Source: an uncultured bacterium (GTDB lineage: Bacteria; Bacillota; Clostridia; Christensenellales; UBA1242). From it: 60,679 bases of DNA. Location of the stretch: assembly GCA_949398915.1 (NCBI GenBank), contig CASLXJ010000002.1, positions 1 through 60,679 on the forward strand, read 5' to 3'. Position numbers and translations under genes: made by a program. Positions 20,091 through 27,773 of this stretch are shown piece by piece (position 1 is the first letter of the stretch; each line of letters begins with the position of its first letter). Under the pieces are notes generated by a model. The model saw only the letters and a list, made by a program, of their open reading frames with translations, was not told the DNA's origin and did not search any database.

Positions 20091-20260
20091 GAAATCTTTT
20101 CCTCCTTATTATGAATATTGTGCTTGTAAAAACAAAATCTCTATGCCCTCGGAAAAAAGCATAGAGAAAATTTCTATATATACTTCTTTCCTCGGCAAGT
20201 ACATTTTCATGTTTATGGGCATTGCCCACTTGCTGTCTATGGATAAGATTTTATTTCAAC
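20091..20260 (-). promoter_or_regulatory. ribosomal protein L10 leader (autoregulatory 5' UTR with attenuator hairpin)
   Basis: Minus strand reads AGACAGCAAGTGGGCAATGCCCAT...GTACTTGCCGAGGAAAG, which resembles the Firmicute L10 leader. It is followed by TCTCTATGC...GCATAGAGA (complement of 20138-20167) plus TTTTGTTTTT, a terminator-like attenuator. Confidence 0.6.
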
Positions 20261-20266
20261 TCTTTT

Positions 20267-20294
20267 ATTATACACATTTAAATTGTCTTGTCAA
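20267..20294 (-). promoter_or_regulatory. sigma-A promoter of rplJL
   Basis: Minus strand TTGACA (complement of 20289-20294)-16 nt-TATAAT (complement of 20267-20272). Confidence 0.7.
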
Positions 20295-20428
20295 TAGTTT
20301 TTATCATGTTTTTAAAAAAAATTATCAAATTTTAATAATCTTTTTATATGAAAGTTGATTATGATAATTTAAAACTTTAGGTGTAATAAAACAACAAACT
20401 TTGCAAATAATTTATTGGGAGAAAGATT

Positions 20429-21130
20429 ATGTTTGGACTAGCTAACATTTATTGGGTATTGATAAATTCAGTCGCTTCATTTATATTTTTGTTTATCATT
20501 TCAAAGCTGCTTGGAAAAAAGCAGATTGCTCAACTTGAATTTATTGATTATGCTGTCGGAATATCTCTTGGCTCTATTGCAGCAGATTGGGCGATAGCAA
20601 ATGATGAGCCTTTTTATTATTATTTGATTGCGATGGCGATATTTTTTATTCTTGCATGGCTGGTCGCTATCATAGGAAGAAAGTCAACATTTTTAAAACG
20701 ACTTTTTAAAGGAAAGCCTTCAACATTGATTTATGAAGGAAAGATTGAATATAAACAACTCAAAAAAAATAAGATTGATGTCAATGATTTATTGTCAATG
20801 CTGAGAGAAAAGAATTATTTTGATATAAATGATGTGGCCTATGCAATTTTCGAGCCAAGTGGAAAACTTTCAGTGTTGCCAAAAGGTAATCAAAAACCAG
20901 TTGTTATTGAAGATGTCAATAAGGGGGCAATAAAACCATCAAATCTTACTGATGTTTTAATAGTGGATGGGGTAATTTCTGGCTCTGGATTAAATCGACT
21001 TAACAAAGATAAACAGTGGCTTTTTAAACAGCTTCATTTATCGAGCAAGAAAGAACTTAAAAACATTATTCTTGCAACTTATGACCAAGCCGAGAAAAAA
21101 GTTATTGTGCATTATAAATCAGAAAATTAA
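20429..21130 (+). CDS. DUF421 (YetF/YdfS-type) membrane protein
   Basis: N-terminal TM helices with LLGKKQIAQLEFIDYAVGISLGSIAA. Soluble C-terminal domain contains ...YFDINDVAYAIFEPSGKLSVLPK. Confidence 0.75.
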   Translation: MFGLANIYWVLINSVASFIFLFIISKLLGKKQIAQLEFIDYAVGISLGSIAADWAIANDEPFYYYLIAMAIFFILAWLVAIIGRKSTFLKRLFKGKPSTLIYEGKIEYKQLKKNKIDVNDLLSMLREKNYFDINDVAYAIFEPSGKLSVLPKGNQKPVVIEDVNKGAIKPSNLTDVLIVDGVISGSGLNRLNKDKQWLFKQLHLSSKKELKNIILATYDQAEKKVIVHYKSEN

Positions 21131-21146
21131 ATAGAAATTAAAGATA

Positions 21147-21173
21147 GAAAAGACCTAGAAATAGGTCTTTTTA
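21147..21173 (+). terminator. Rho-independent terminator
   Basis: AAGACCTA pairs with TAGGTCTT, followed by a T-run. Confidence 0.8.
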
Positions 21174-21237
21174 TTGACTTAAAACCTATTTTATGATAAT
21201 ATAAAATTAAGTAGAATGGGTAGGCAAAGGAAGCATA

Positions 21238-22803
21238 ATGAGATTAAATATAAATGAATTTCTTTCAAGATTTTCAGGCAATATAAATGCTGATGAAATA
21301 GAAAAATTGAAACAAACTGAGAAAAGTATTGTCATAGAGCTTGAAGAGGAGCAATATGAAAATGAAATGGAAGTTTTGAATGAAGAGCAAACACAAAAAT
21401 TTGCAAGCGCTGTCAATAATTTGAGGGGAAAAGGCTTTAATAATATCCTTTTTGAAGGTGAGTTTACTCCAGAGCAGGCACTTAATGCAAGCAGACGCGT
21501 TACAGATTGGATAAATGAAATCAAAAGTGCAAGGATTGACGGAGAAAAACTTACTCCATTTGAAAAGTTTTGTTATGCTTATGAGATTGCTTCGCAATTT
21601 TATTATAAAGAAGCAGACGATGATAAAGATGTTTCAAGAAGACTTTTGCATGTGCTTAATGGAGATAAGATAGTTTGCGTAGGCTTTTCAAGCCTGTTAA
21701 GACATATTTTAAATGGACTTGATATCCCTTGTTCAGACCTTTCTTTATATCCTACGATAGAATCGGTGGAAGCCTCAGTTGGAAATAAAACAGCTATTGT
21801 TGGGCATTCTGTTTGCTATGTATTTATTGATGACGCAAAATATGGGTTAAAGCAGGGGTTTGTTTCAGACCCAACCTTTGGAAGTCCAAGTCGCGAGTTT
21901 AAAAAGGGGCAGAGTTTGCTTTATCAAGTTGTGGCAACAGATGAGATTGAACAGATGTATGAAAAACAAAAACTTGTACATTTTGGCTCTTTACAAGAGG
22001 AAAAAGAAAAATGTTTTTCAAGCGTATTTTCAGATGTCGAAAAACTGGCTGAAGTTATGGAAGAAAAGCAAAAACAAATTCAGTTTTTAGACAACTATAA
22101 AAATAGGATAAAAGAAAATCTTGATGACTTTTACCATAAATTTGAAAAAGATTTTGAAGAAATTGAAAATAAAATATCTCAAGCAGATTTGCATTTTGCT
22201 AAAAAGATAACCAAAGATGAAAGTTTGGAAAAGATTTATACAATTTTGTCAAGCAGTGTGAATACAGTATGTGAAAATAATGAAGCATGGCCAAACAAAA
22301 ATATATTTTCAAAGTTTAAAGAGGATTTGACTGAAATAAATTTAAATTTTGATAAAACAGAGCTTATAAAGCTTTTCAAAGGCATTATTGAAAGAGAATT
22401 ATTACCTCAAACTGATGAAGAGGTGATAATAGACCGATTTGGCGAAGATAAGAGGTCAAAAGAATTACTTTCAGAAAAAGGGCTTGAAATTTTTTATAAA
22501 AAGAAAGACATGGTTTTAAAAAATCAGCTTAAGTCAGAAATGATGAGTGATGTGATGATTAAACAGATTAAAGCCATGACGCGAGTAGGTATGGCTAAGG
22601 GGATGACTCAAAGACAGACTGAAGCTTTCGTGTTTGCAAGATTTAATGCTTGGGATGAACATGGAAAAGAGATTTTTTTAAGTATGCTTAAAAATGACCC
22701 AAATATGAAACTTAGTGAAGCACAAAAACAGACAAATGAAATACTTTCAACTGAAAAGGCTTTAGAAGAAAAACAAACAGAAGAAGAGGTTGAAAAAAAT
22801 TAA
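21238..22803 (+). CDS. transglutaminase-like (papain-fold Cys-His-Asp core) domain protein with long helical flanks
   Basis: The three core motifs occur in canonical order: VCVGFSSLLRHILNGLDIP (Cys), VGHSVCYVFIDD (His), FVSDPTFG (Asp). AAGGAAG SD. Confidence 0.5.
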   Translation: MRLNINEFLSRFSGNINADEIEKLKQTEKSIVIELEEEQYENEMEVLNEEQTQKFASAVNNLRGKGFNNILFEGEFTPEQALNASRRVTDWINEIKSARIDGEKLTPFEKFCYAYEIASQFYYKEADDDKDVSRRLLHVLNGDKIVCVGFSSLLRHILNGLDIPCSDLSLYPTIESVEASVGNKTAIVGHSVCYVFIDDAKYGLKQGFVSDPTFGSPSREFKKGQSLLYQVVATDEIEQMYEKQKLVHFGSLQEEKEKCFSSVFSDVEKLAEVMEEKQKQIQFLDNYKNRIKENLDDFYHKFEKDFEEIENKISQADLHFAKKITKDESLEKIYTILSSSVNTVCENNEAWPNKNIFSKFKEDLTEINLNFDKTELIKLFKGIIERELLPQTDEEVIIDRFGEDKRSKELLSEKGLEIFYKKKDMVLKNQLKSEMMSDVMIKQIKAMTRVGMAKGMTQRQTEAFVFARFNAWDEHGKEIFLSMLKNDPNMKLSEAQKQTNEILSTEKALEEKQTEEEVEKN

Positions 22804-22808
22804 AAACA

Positions 22809-22846
22809 AAACATATAAAGGCGTTTGACTTTTATATGTTTTATTT
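22809..22846 (+). terminator. terminator hairpin after the transglutaminase-like gene
   Basis: AAACATATAAA (22809-22819) pairs with TTTATATGTTT (22831-22841). The 11-nt loop is followed by a T-rich tract. Confidence 0.6.
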
Positions 22847-22854
22847 GATAAAAT
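22825..22854 (+). promoter_or_regulatory. candidate leuS promoter whose -35 lies in the terminator loop
   Basis: TTGACT (22825-22830)-18 nt-TAAAAT (22849-22854). The GGAGGA SD and leuS ATG follow. Confidence 0.45.
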
Positions 22855-22888
22855 AATAAAACTTAGATTAAAATACCGGAGGAAAAGA

Positions 22889-25291
22889 ATGGATTTTAAG
22901 GCGATAGAGAAAAAATGGCAGGAAAGATGGGAAAAAGAAGAAAGATATAAGGCTGTCGATTTCTCAGACAAACAAAAATATTATATTTTAGTTGAATTTC
23001 CATATCCAAGTGGAAGCGGACTTCATGTTGGGCATACTCCAAGCCAAATTGCAATGGATGTGATTGCTAGAAAAAAGAGGGCGGAAGGCTTTAATGTTTT
23101 GTATCCTATTGGCTGGGATGCTTTTGGTTTGCCTACAGAAAATTATGCGATTAAAAATGGAATTTCACCAATTAAAGCGACTGCAGAAAATGTTGCAAAC
23201 TTTACAAGACAAATTAAAAGCCTTGGAATTTCTTTTGATTGGTCAAGAGAGATAAATACGACTGACGAAAATTATTATAAGTGGACTCAGTGGATTTTCC
23301 TTCAATTTTATAAAAATGGCTTGGCATATAAAGCGACAGCAAACATAAATTGGTGTCCAAATTGCAAGATTGGACTTTCAAATGAGGAAAGTGAGGGTGG
23401 TGTTTGTGAGCGTTGCGGAAGTGCGACTATCCAAAAACCAAAGACGCAATGGATGCTTAAAATGAGCGAGTATTCTGAAAAATTGCTTCAAGGTCTTGAC
23501 GAGACAAATTATTGGGATAACATTAAAACAATGCAAAGAAACTGGATTGGCAAAAGTGAAGGGACTCTTCTTCATTGCCAACTTGAAAGCGGTGAAAAGT
23601 TTGACATTTTTACCACCTGCATTGAAACTGTATTTGGTATAACCTATTTTGTGCTTGCTCCTGAGCATGAGCTTGTAAAGAAGCTTAAAGATAAAATTAA
23701 AAATTATGATGAAGTGCAAAAATACATTGAGAAAGCTGCAAACAAAACTGAATTTGAAAGAAGTCAAATGCTAAAAGAAAAAACAGGTTGCCGCTTAGAA
23801 GGAATTTATGCAATAAATCCAATCAACAACCAAAAAGTGCCTGTATTTATCGGTGATTATGTGCTTGCTGGCTATGGCAGCGGTGCTGTAATGGCTGTGC
23901 CAAGTCATGACCAAAGAGATTATGATTTTGCAAAAGTTTTCTCTCTTCCAATGGTTGAAGTTATTTCTGGTGGAAATATCGAAGAGAAGGCTTTTGAAAA
24001 AGCAGATTATCTTGGAAAAGGCTGCAAACTTGTAAATTCAGGTGACTTTAGTGGACTTACTGTAGAAGAGGCTAAGAAGGCTCTTAATGACTATCTTGAA
24101 AAAGAGGGCAAGGGTAAGAAAATTGCAACCTATAAGATGAGAGACTGGGTGTTCTCGCGTCAAAGATATTGGGGAGAGCCTGTTCCACTTGTGTATTGCG
24201 AAAAATGTGGCTTTGTCCCAGTGCCTGAAAATCAGCTTCCTGTTACTCTTCCAAAAGTTGACAGTTATAAGCCAAGTGATGACGGTGAAAGCCCATTGTC
24301 GCTCATTGATGATTGGGTAAATACAACTTGTCCTCATTGCAACGGAAAGGCAAAACGCGAAACAGATGTTATGCCAAACTGGGCAGGCTCAAGCTGGTAT
24401 TGGCTTCGTTATATGGATCCACATAATAACAGTGAATTTGCAAATTTTGATAAAATTAAATACTGGAACAAAGTTGACCTCTATAATGGTGGCGGTGAAC
24501 ATGTCACAAGACACCTCTTATATGCAAGATTTTGGCATAAATTCTTGTATGATAATGGCTTTGTGCCAAATTCAGAGCCTTTTGATAGACGCGTTCAGCA
24601 GGGGATTATTCTGGCAGCGGATGGCTCTAAAATGAGCAAATCAAGAGGAAATGTAGTTGACCCGTTAAAATATGTTGAAGAATATGGCGCAGATGTAACA
24701 AGACTTGCACATATGTTTATGGGAGATTATGTTGAGGCAAAACCTTGGCGAGAAGATACTTTGAAGCCATGTGAAAGACTGCTTAATCGTATAGTTTCAC
24801 TTGGTGAAAATTTGGTTGAAGGTGAAAGTGATAATAAATTTATCATTGCTCAAAGCATTAAAAAGGTGAGCGAAGATATAGAAAATTTGAAATTTAATAC
24901 TGCAATATCTCAAATTATGGTGCTTACAAATGCACTTGAAAAGGCTAAAAAAGTAAGCAAAGAAGACTATAAAGTATTGCTTGCCCTTATCTGCCCATTC
25001 GCACCACATACAGCAGAAGAAATGTGGCAAAGTCTTGGCTTCAACGGCAGGGTGGATGACAATTGGCCAACTTTTAAAGAAGAAGACTTAAAGGTAAACT
25101 TGGTTGAAATTGCTGTTCAGGTAAACTCAAAGATAGTTGCAAGAATGGAAATCAATCCACAATTAAACCAAAATGACATAATCGCCGCAGTCAAAGAAAA
25201 TGAAAGCGTAAGCAAGGCGATTGAAGGCAAAGAAATTGCAAAAGAAATCTATGTGCCAAACAGAATTGTAAACTTGATTACAAAAGGTTAG
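22889..25291 (+). CDS. leuS: leucine--tRNA ligase
   Basis: HVGH, KMSKS, the CP1 editing region and a length of 800 aa. Confidence 0.95.
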   Translation: MDFKAIEKKWQERWEKEERYKAVDFSDKQKYYILVEFPYPSGSGLHVGHTPSQIAMDVIARKKRAEGFNVLYPIGWDAFGLPTENYAIKNGISPIKATAENVANFTRQIKSLGISFDWSREINTTDENYYKWTQWIFLQFYKNGLAYKATANINWCPNCKIGLSNEESEGGVCERCGSATIQKPKTQWMLKMSEYSEKLLQGLDETNYWDNIKTMQRNWIGKSEGTLLHCQLESGEKFDIFTTCIETVFGITYFVLAPEHELVKKLKDKIKNYDEVQKYIEKAANKTEFERSQMLKEKTGCRLEGIYAINPINNQKVPVFIGDYVLAGYGSGAVMAVPSHDQRDYDFAKVFSLPMVEVISGGNIEEKAFEKADYLGKGCKLVNSGDFSGLTVEEAKKALNDYLEKEGKGKKIATYKMRDWVFSRQRYWGEPVPLVYCEKCGFVPVPENQLPVTLPKVDSYKPSDDGESPLSLIDDWVNTTCPHCNGKAKRETDVMPNWAGSSWYWLRYMDPHNNSEFANFDKIKYWNKVDLYNGGGEHVTRHLLYARFWHKFLYDNGFVPNSEPFDRRVQQGIILAADGSKMSKSRGNVVDPLKYVEEYGADVTRLAHMFMGDYVEAKPWREDTLKPCERLLNRIVSLGENLVEGESDNKFIIAQSIKKVSEDIENLKFNTAISQIMVLTNALEKAKKVSKEDYKVLLALICPFAPHTAEEMWQSLGFNGRVDDNWPTFKEEDLKVNLVEIAVQVNSKIVARMEINPQLNQNDIIAAVKENESVSKAIEGKEIAKEIYVPNRIVNLITKG

Positions 25292-25294
25292 GCT

Positions 25295-25330
25295 AAAAAA
25301 ACACGATTGTAATAGGTCGTGTTTTTTATT
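25295..25330. terminator. bidirectional-shaped terminator after leuS
   Basis: ACACGA (25301-25306) pairs with TCGTGT (25317-25322), flanked by A7 and T6. Confidence 0.75.
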
Positions 25331-25563
25331 TTTAATTTTTGTCAATATATTAAATAAGTTGATAGGGGAACGATAACAATTATTTTAACGGGGAATATAT
25401 TAAGGCAGTAGAAGAGGAAAATATATTTATTTAATAATATTTTAAAGTATAATTAAGCAATGAGGAGATATATCAAAAAGAGCATAAAAAATTCTTATTT
25501 AATGGTTTTATCGGTAAACTTCCACTGAGCCACAAGGTTAGCAGGTGGTTATCTCAAACTATA

Positions 25564-25595
25564 ATAAAAAATCCAGCGGTTGCTGGATTTTTTTA
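25564..25595. terminator. bidirectional-shaped terminator after the acidic-tail membrane protein gene
   Basis: ATCCAGC (25571-25577) pairs with GCTGGAT (25582-25588), flanked by an A-run and a T-run. Confidence 0.8.
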
Positions 25596-25597
25596 AC

Positions 25598-26491
25598 TTA
25601 GTTATTTTCACCATTGTCTGTATCAGTGTTGTTTGTTTCAACTTTTCTTCTAAGCTCTTCCAAGAATTTGTTGAATTCTTCGTCAGAGTCGTCGTCATTG
25701 TCATCGTCGTCTGAAGTTTCTTCTTCCTCAGCAACTTCTTCTTCAACTTCTTCAGTCTCAGTTTCTTCAACTTCATCTTCGGTTTCAGTGTATTCTTCAG
25801 TTTCACTTTCTGGAGTTGTCTCTTCTTCAGTTTCAACGCTTTCCTCTGTTTCATCAGCAGGGGTTTCAGTTTCTTCAACATCAGTAAGAGTTTCGCTGTC
25901 ATCTTCATCTTCAAATACTTCAGTCTCTTCCTCAGCAGTTTCTTCAACTTCTTCAGTCTCAGTCTCCTCTGCTTCTTCAGTTTCTTCAGCTTCTACAATG
26001 ATTGTTTCTTCATTTTCACCTTCAAGAAGGAGTGGAGCGGCAGCAACTGCGGCAACTGTTGTGAGTGCAGTTTCAGTATTTTCTTCATTTTCAGCAACTT
26101 CTTCAGTTGTTTCAGAAGCAATTTCTTCTCCGCCATTTTCAGCAAGCTCTTCCATATATCTGTCATAATCTTCAAGAGCAGGGCCATGTTTGCTGTAAAG
26201 TGCTTTTGCAACGATTACAACCATAGCGCAGATAAACAAAGAAAGTAAAATAGCAACAAATAAAGTCAAAATTTCGCTTTTTCTAAGCCCGTCAAGATAG
26301 CTGAATACAAGATAGAGCCATGATGTGCAAGCAAGGAATGGTGCAATAAGGCAAAGTGAAATAGCCTTTGCAAATGAGTTTAATTTTTTAGCATATTTAA
26401 GTGCTAATAATGTTGTTGCAAGAGATATAACTGTGAGTGCTATACCAAGATAGAATGCAGCAAGTTGAGACAATTTCATATATTCTAACAT
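25598..26491 (-). CDS. membrane protein (about 4 TM) with a roughly 190-aa Glu/Thr/Asp-rich acidic tail
   Basis: Hydrophobic N-terminal 100 aa, then low-complexity EETEEAEETETEEVEETAEEETE... GGAGGA SD. Confidence 0.6.
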   Translation of the reverse strand: MLEYMKLSQLAAFYLGIALTVISLATTLLALKYAKKLNSFAKAISLCLIAPFLACTSWLYLVFSYLDGLRKSEILTLFVAILLSLFICAMVVIVAKALYSKHGPALEDYDRYMEELAENGGEEIASETTEEVAENEENTETALTTVAAVAAAPLLLEGENEETIIVEAEETEEAEETETEEVEETAEEETEVFEDEDDSETLTDVEETETPADETEESVETEEETTPESETEEYTETEDEVEETETEEVEEEVAEEEETSDDDDNDDDSDEEFNKFLEELRRKVETNNTDTDNGENN

Positions 26492-26734
26492 ATTTCCTCC
26501 AATAATTCATCAATAGTTTAGCACAAACAAAGATAAATGTCAATAATGTTTTTTCTTTTCTTTAAAAATGTTTTGAAATTTTTACCAATTGGGTTATACT
26601 AGTATTGATCTTTAAAGCCATTTTTATTAAATTATGTTTTAACATTGATTTTTAATAGCAATTCAGCATAATTTTTTAAAAAATTGAAGCAATAAAGCAA
26701 ATATTTAATTTAGGGATGAAATAAAAGATTGGAT

Positions 26735-27661
26735 ATGAAAGGAAAGCAAAAATTCAGCAATAATAAACTTATATTCATTATTTGCGTAGTGGTTTTATCC
26801 TTAGTTGCACTTGCAGGGTTGACAACTGCTTTTTTGCTTAGTTATAATGGCAGCTCGCCTAAGGTGCCTTTGATTTTGGAAGACGGTGAAAATATTTACA
26901 TCTCGACAGAGGCAAACGACGGATATGAAGGTTATCGCTTCAAATTTTCTTCAAATGAGGAAGAAATTATCATAGACTGCGATACAAACATCATTTCATC
27001 CACCTATGCAATTGAGAAAGGCGTTCAACTTGGAAAAACCTACAATGTTTCAACCTGTTATTTAAGTGAAAAAGAGGGCAACAACAGCGAATACAGTAAA
27101 GAAATACCTTGGCTTTGCAGTGTATATTTGGCGCAAGTAAATATCAGATTTAATGAAGAAAAATGCCAGCTTGAATGGGACGCAGTTGAAAATGCTGATT
27201 TATATAGAGTTTTTTATAATGGTCAAGACAACTATGTTGAAATTGATGAAAACTTTTATAGTTTGAAAGATGTGAAAGGGGGAGAAAAAGTTTTTTCTGT
27301 GCTTCCGATTTCAAATAATATCGGCTATAAAACAAATAATGCAGTAAAATATCTTAAATTATCTCATACCCATTATTTAGAAGGATTTTTGACAATAGCG
27401 TTTAATAAAGAGACTTGCCAATTGACAGCAACTTCAAAAGAGGAATACTCAAGCATTATCGTTTATTTGGATGAAACTACCTTTGTAATCAATATATTTT
27501 CTCTTGTTGAAGAGAGTGGAATTTACAATTATACCATTGATATATCATCAATTTATGAAGGTCAACTTTCTTTAGGCTTATTGCCAGCAAATCAAGATGA
27601 ATATAATTTGAATAATGGTCAGCCAAAGGTTATGCTTTTGCCTTCTCAAGAAGTTGAATAA
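26735..27661 (+). CDS. N-terminally anchored hypothetical protein with Fn3-like segment(s)
   Basis: TM segment LIFIICVVVLSLVALAGLTTAFLL. CQLEWDAVENADLYRVFYNG resembles an Fn3-type strand pattern. Start is ATG 26735 or TTG 26729, and no clear SD is present. Confidence 0.5.
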   Translation: MKGKQKFSNNKLIFIICVVVLSLVALAGLTTAFLLSYNGSSPKVPLILEDGENIYISTEANDGYEGYRFKFSSNEEEIIIDCDTNIISSTYAIEKGVQLGKTYNVSTCYLSEKEGNNSEYSKEIPWLCSVYLAQVNIRFNEEKCQLEWDAVENADLYRVFYNGQDNYVEIDENFYSLKDVKGGEKVFSVLPISNNIGYKTNNAVKYLKLSHTHYLEGFLTIAFNKETCQLTATSKEEYSSIIVYLDETTFVINIFSLVEESGIYNYTIDISSIYEGQLSLGLLPANQDEYNLNNGQPKVMLLPSQEVE

Positions 27662-27724
27662 AAGGGAATTTTGTTACTTAATATTGATTTAGATTTATAC
27701 TTGTAAAAAAAGAATTTTGCGATT

Positions 27725-27754
27725 GTATTAAAATAATTTTAATAAGACATACTA
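27725..27754 (+). promoter_or_regulatory. candidate forespore (sigma-G/F-type) promoter of the ger operon
   Basis: GTATT (27725-27729) and -10 CATACTA (27748-27754) fit the CATnnTA -10 consensus. The -35 is only a partial fit to GHATR. Confidence 0.35.
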
Positions 27755-27773
27755 AACACAAAAAGGTGGAAGT

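Noticed and set aside
25366-25392. Two ACGR tetranucleotides preceded by GGGGA (GGGGAACGA...ACGGGGA), reminiscent of a guanidine-II (mini-ykkC) riboswitch.
   Set aside because: The flanking bases do not form the required GC stems closing ACGR tetraloops. No downstream gene lies in the right orientation.
25549-26211. Ser-rich plus-strand ORF 25614..26168, and Lys/Leu-rich minus-strand ORFs 25549..25947 and 25993..26211.
   Set aside because: These are alternative-frame shadows of the GAA/GAG/ACT-rich acidic tail of 25598..26491. Only that frame joins a TM domain and has an SD.
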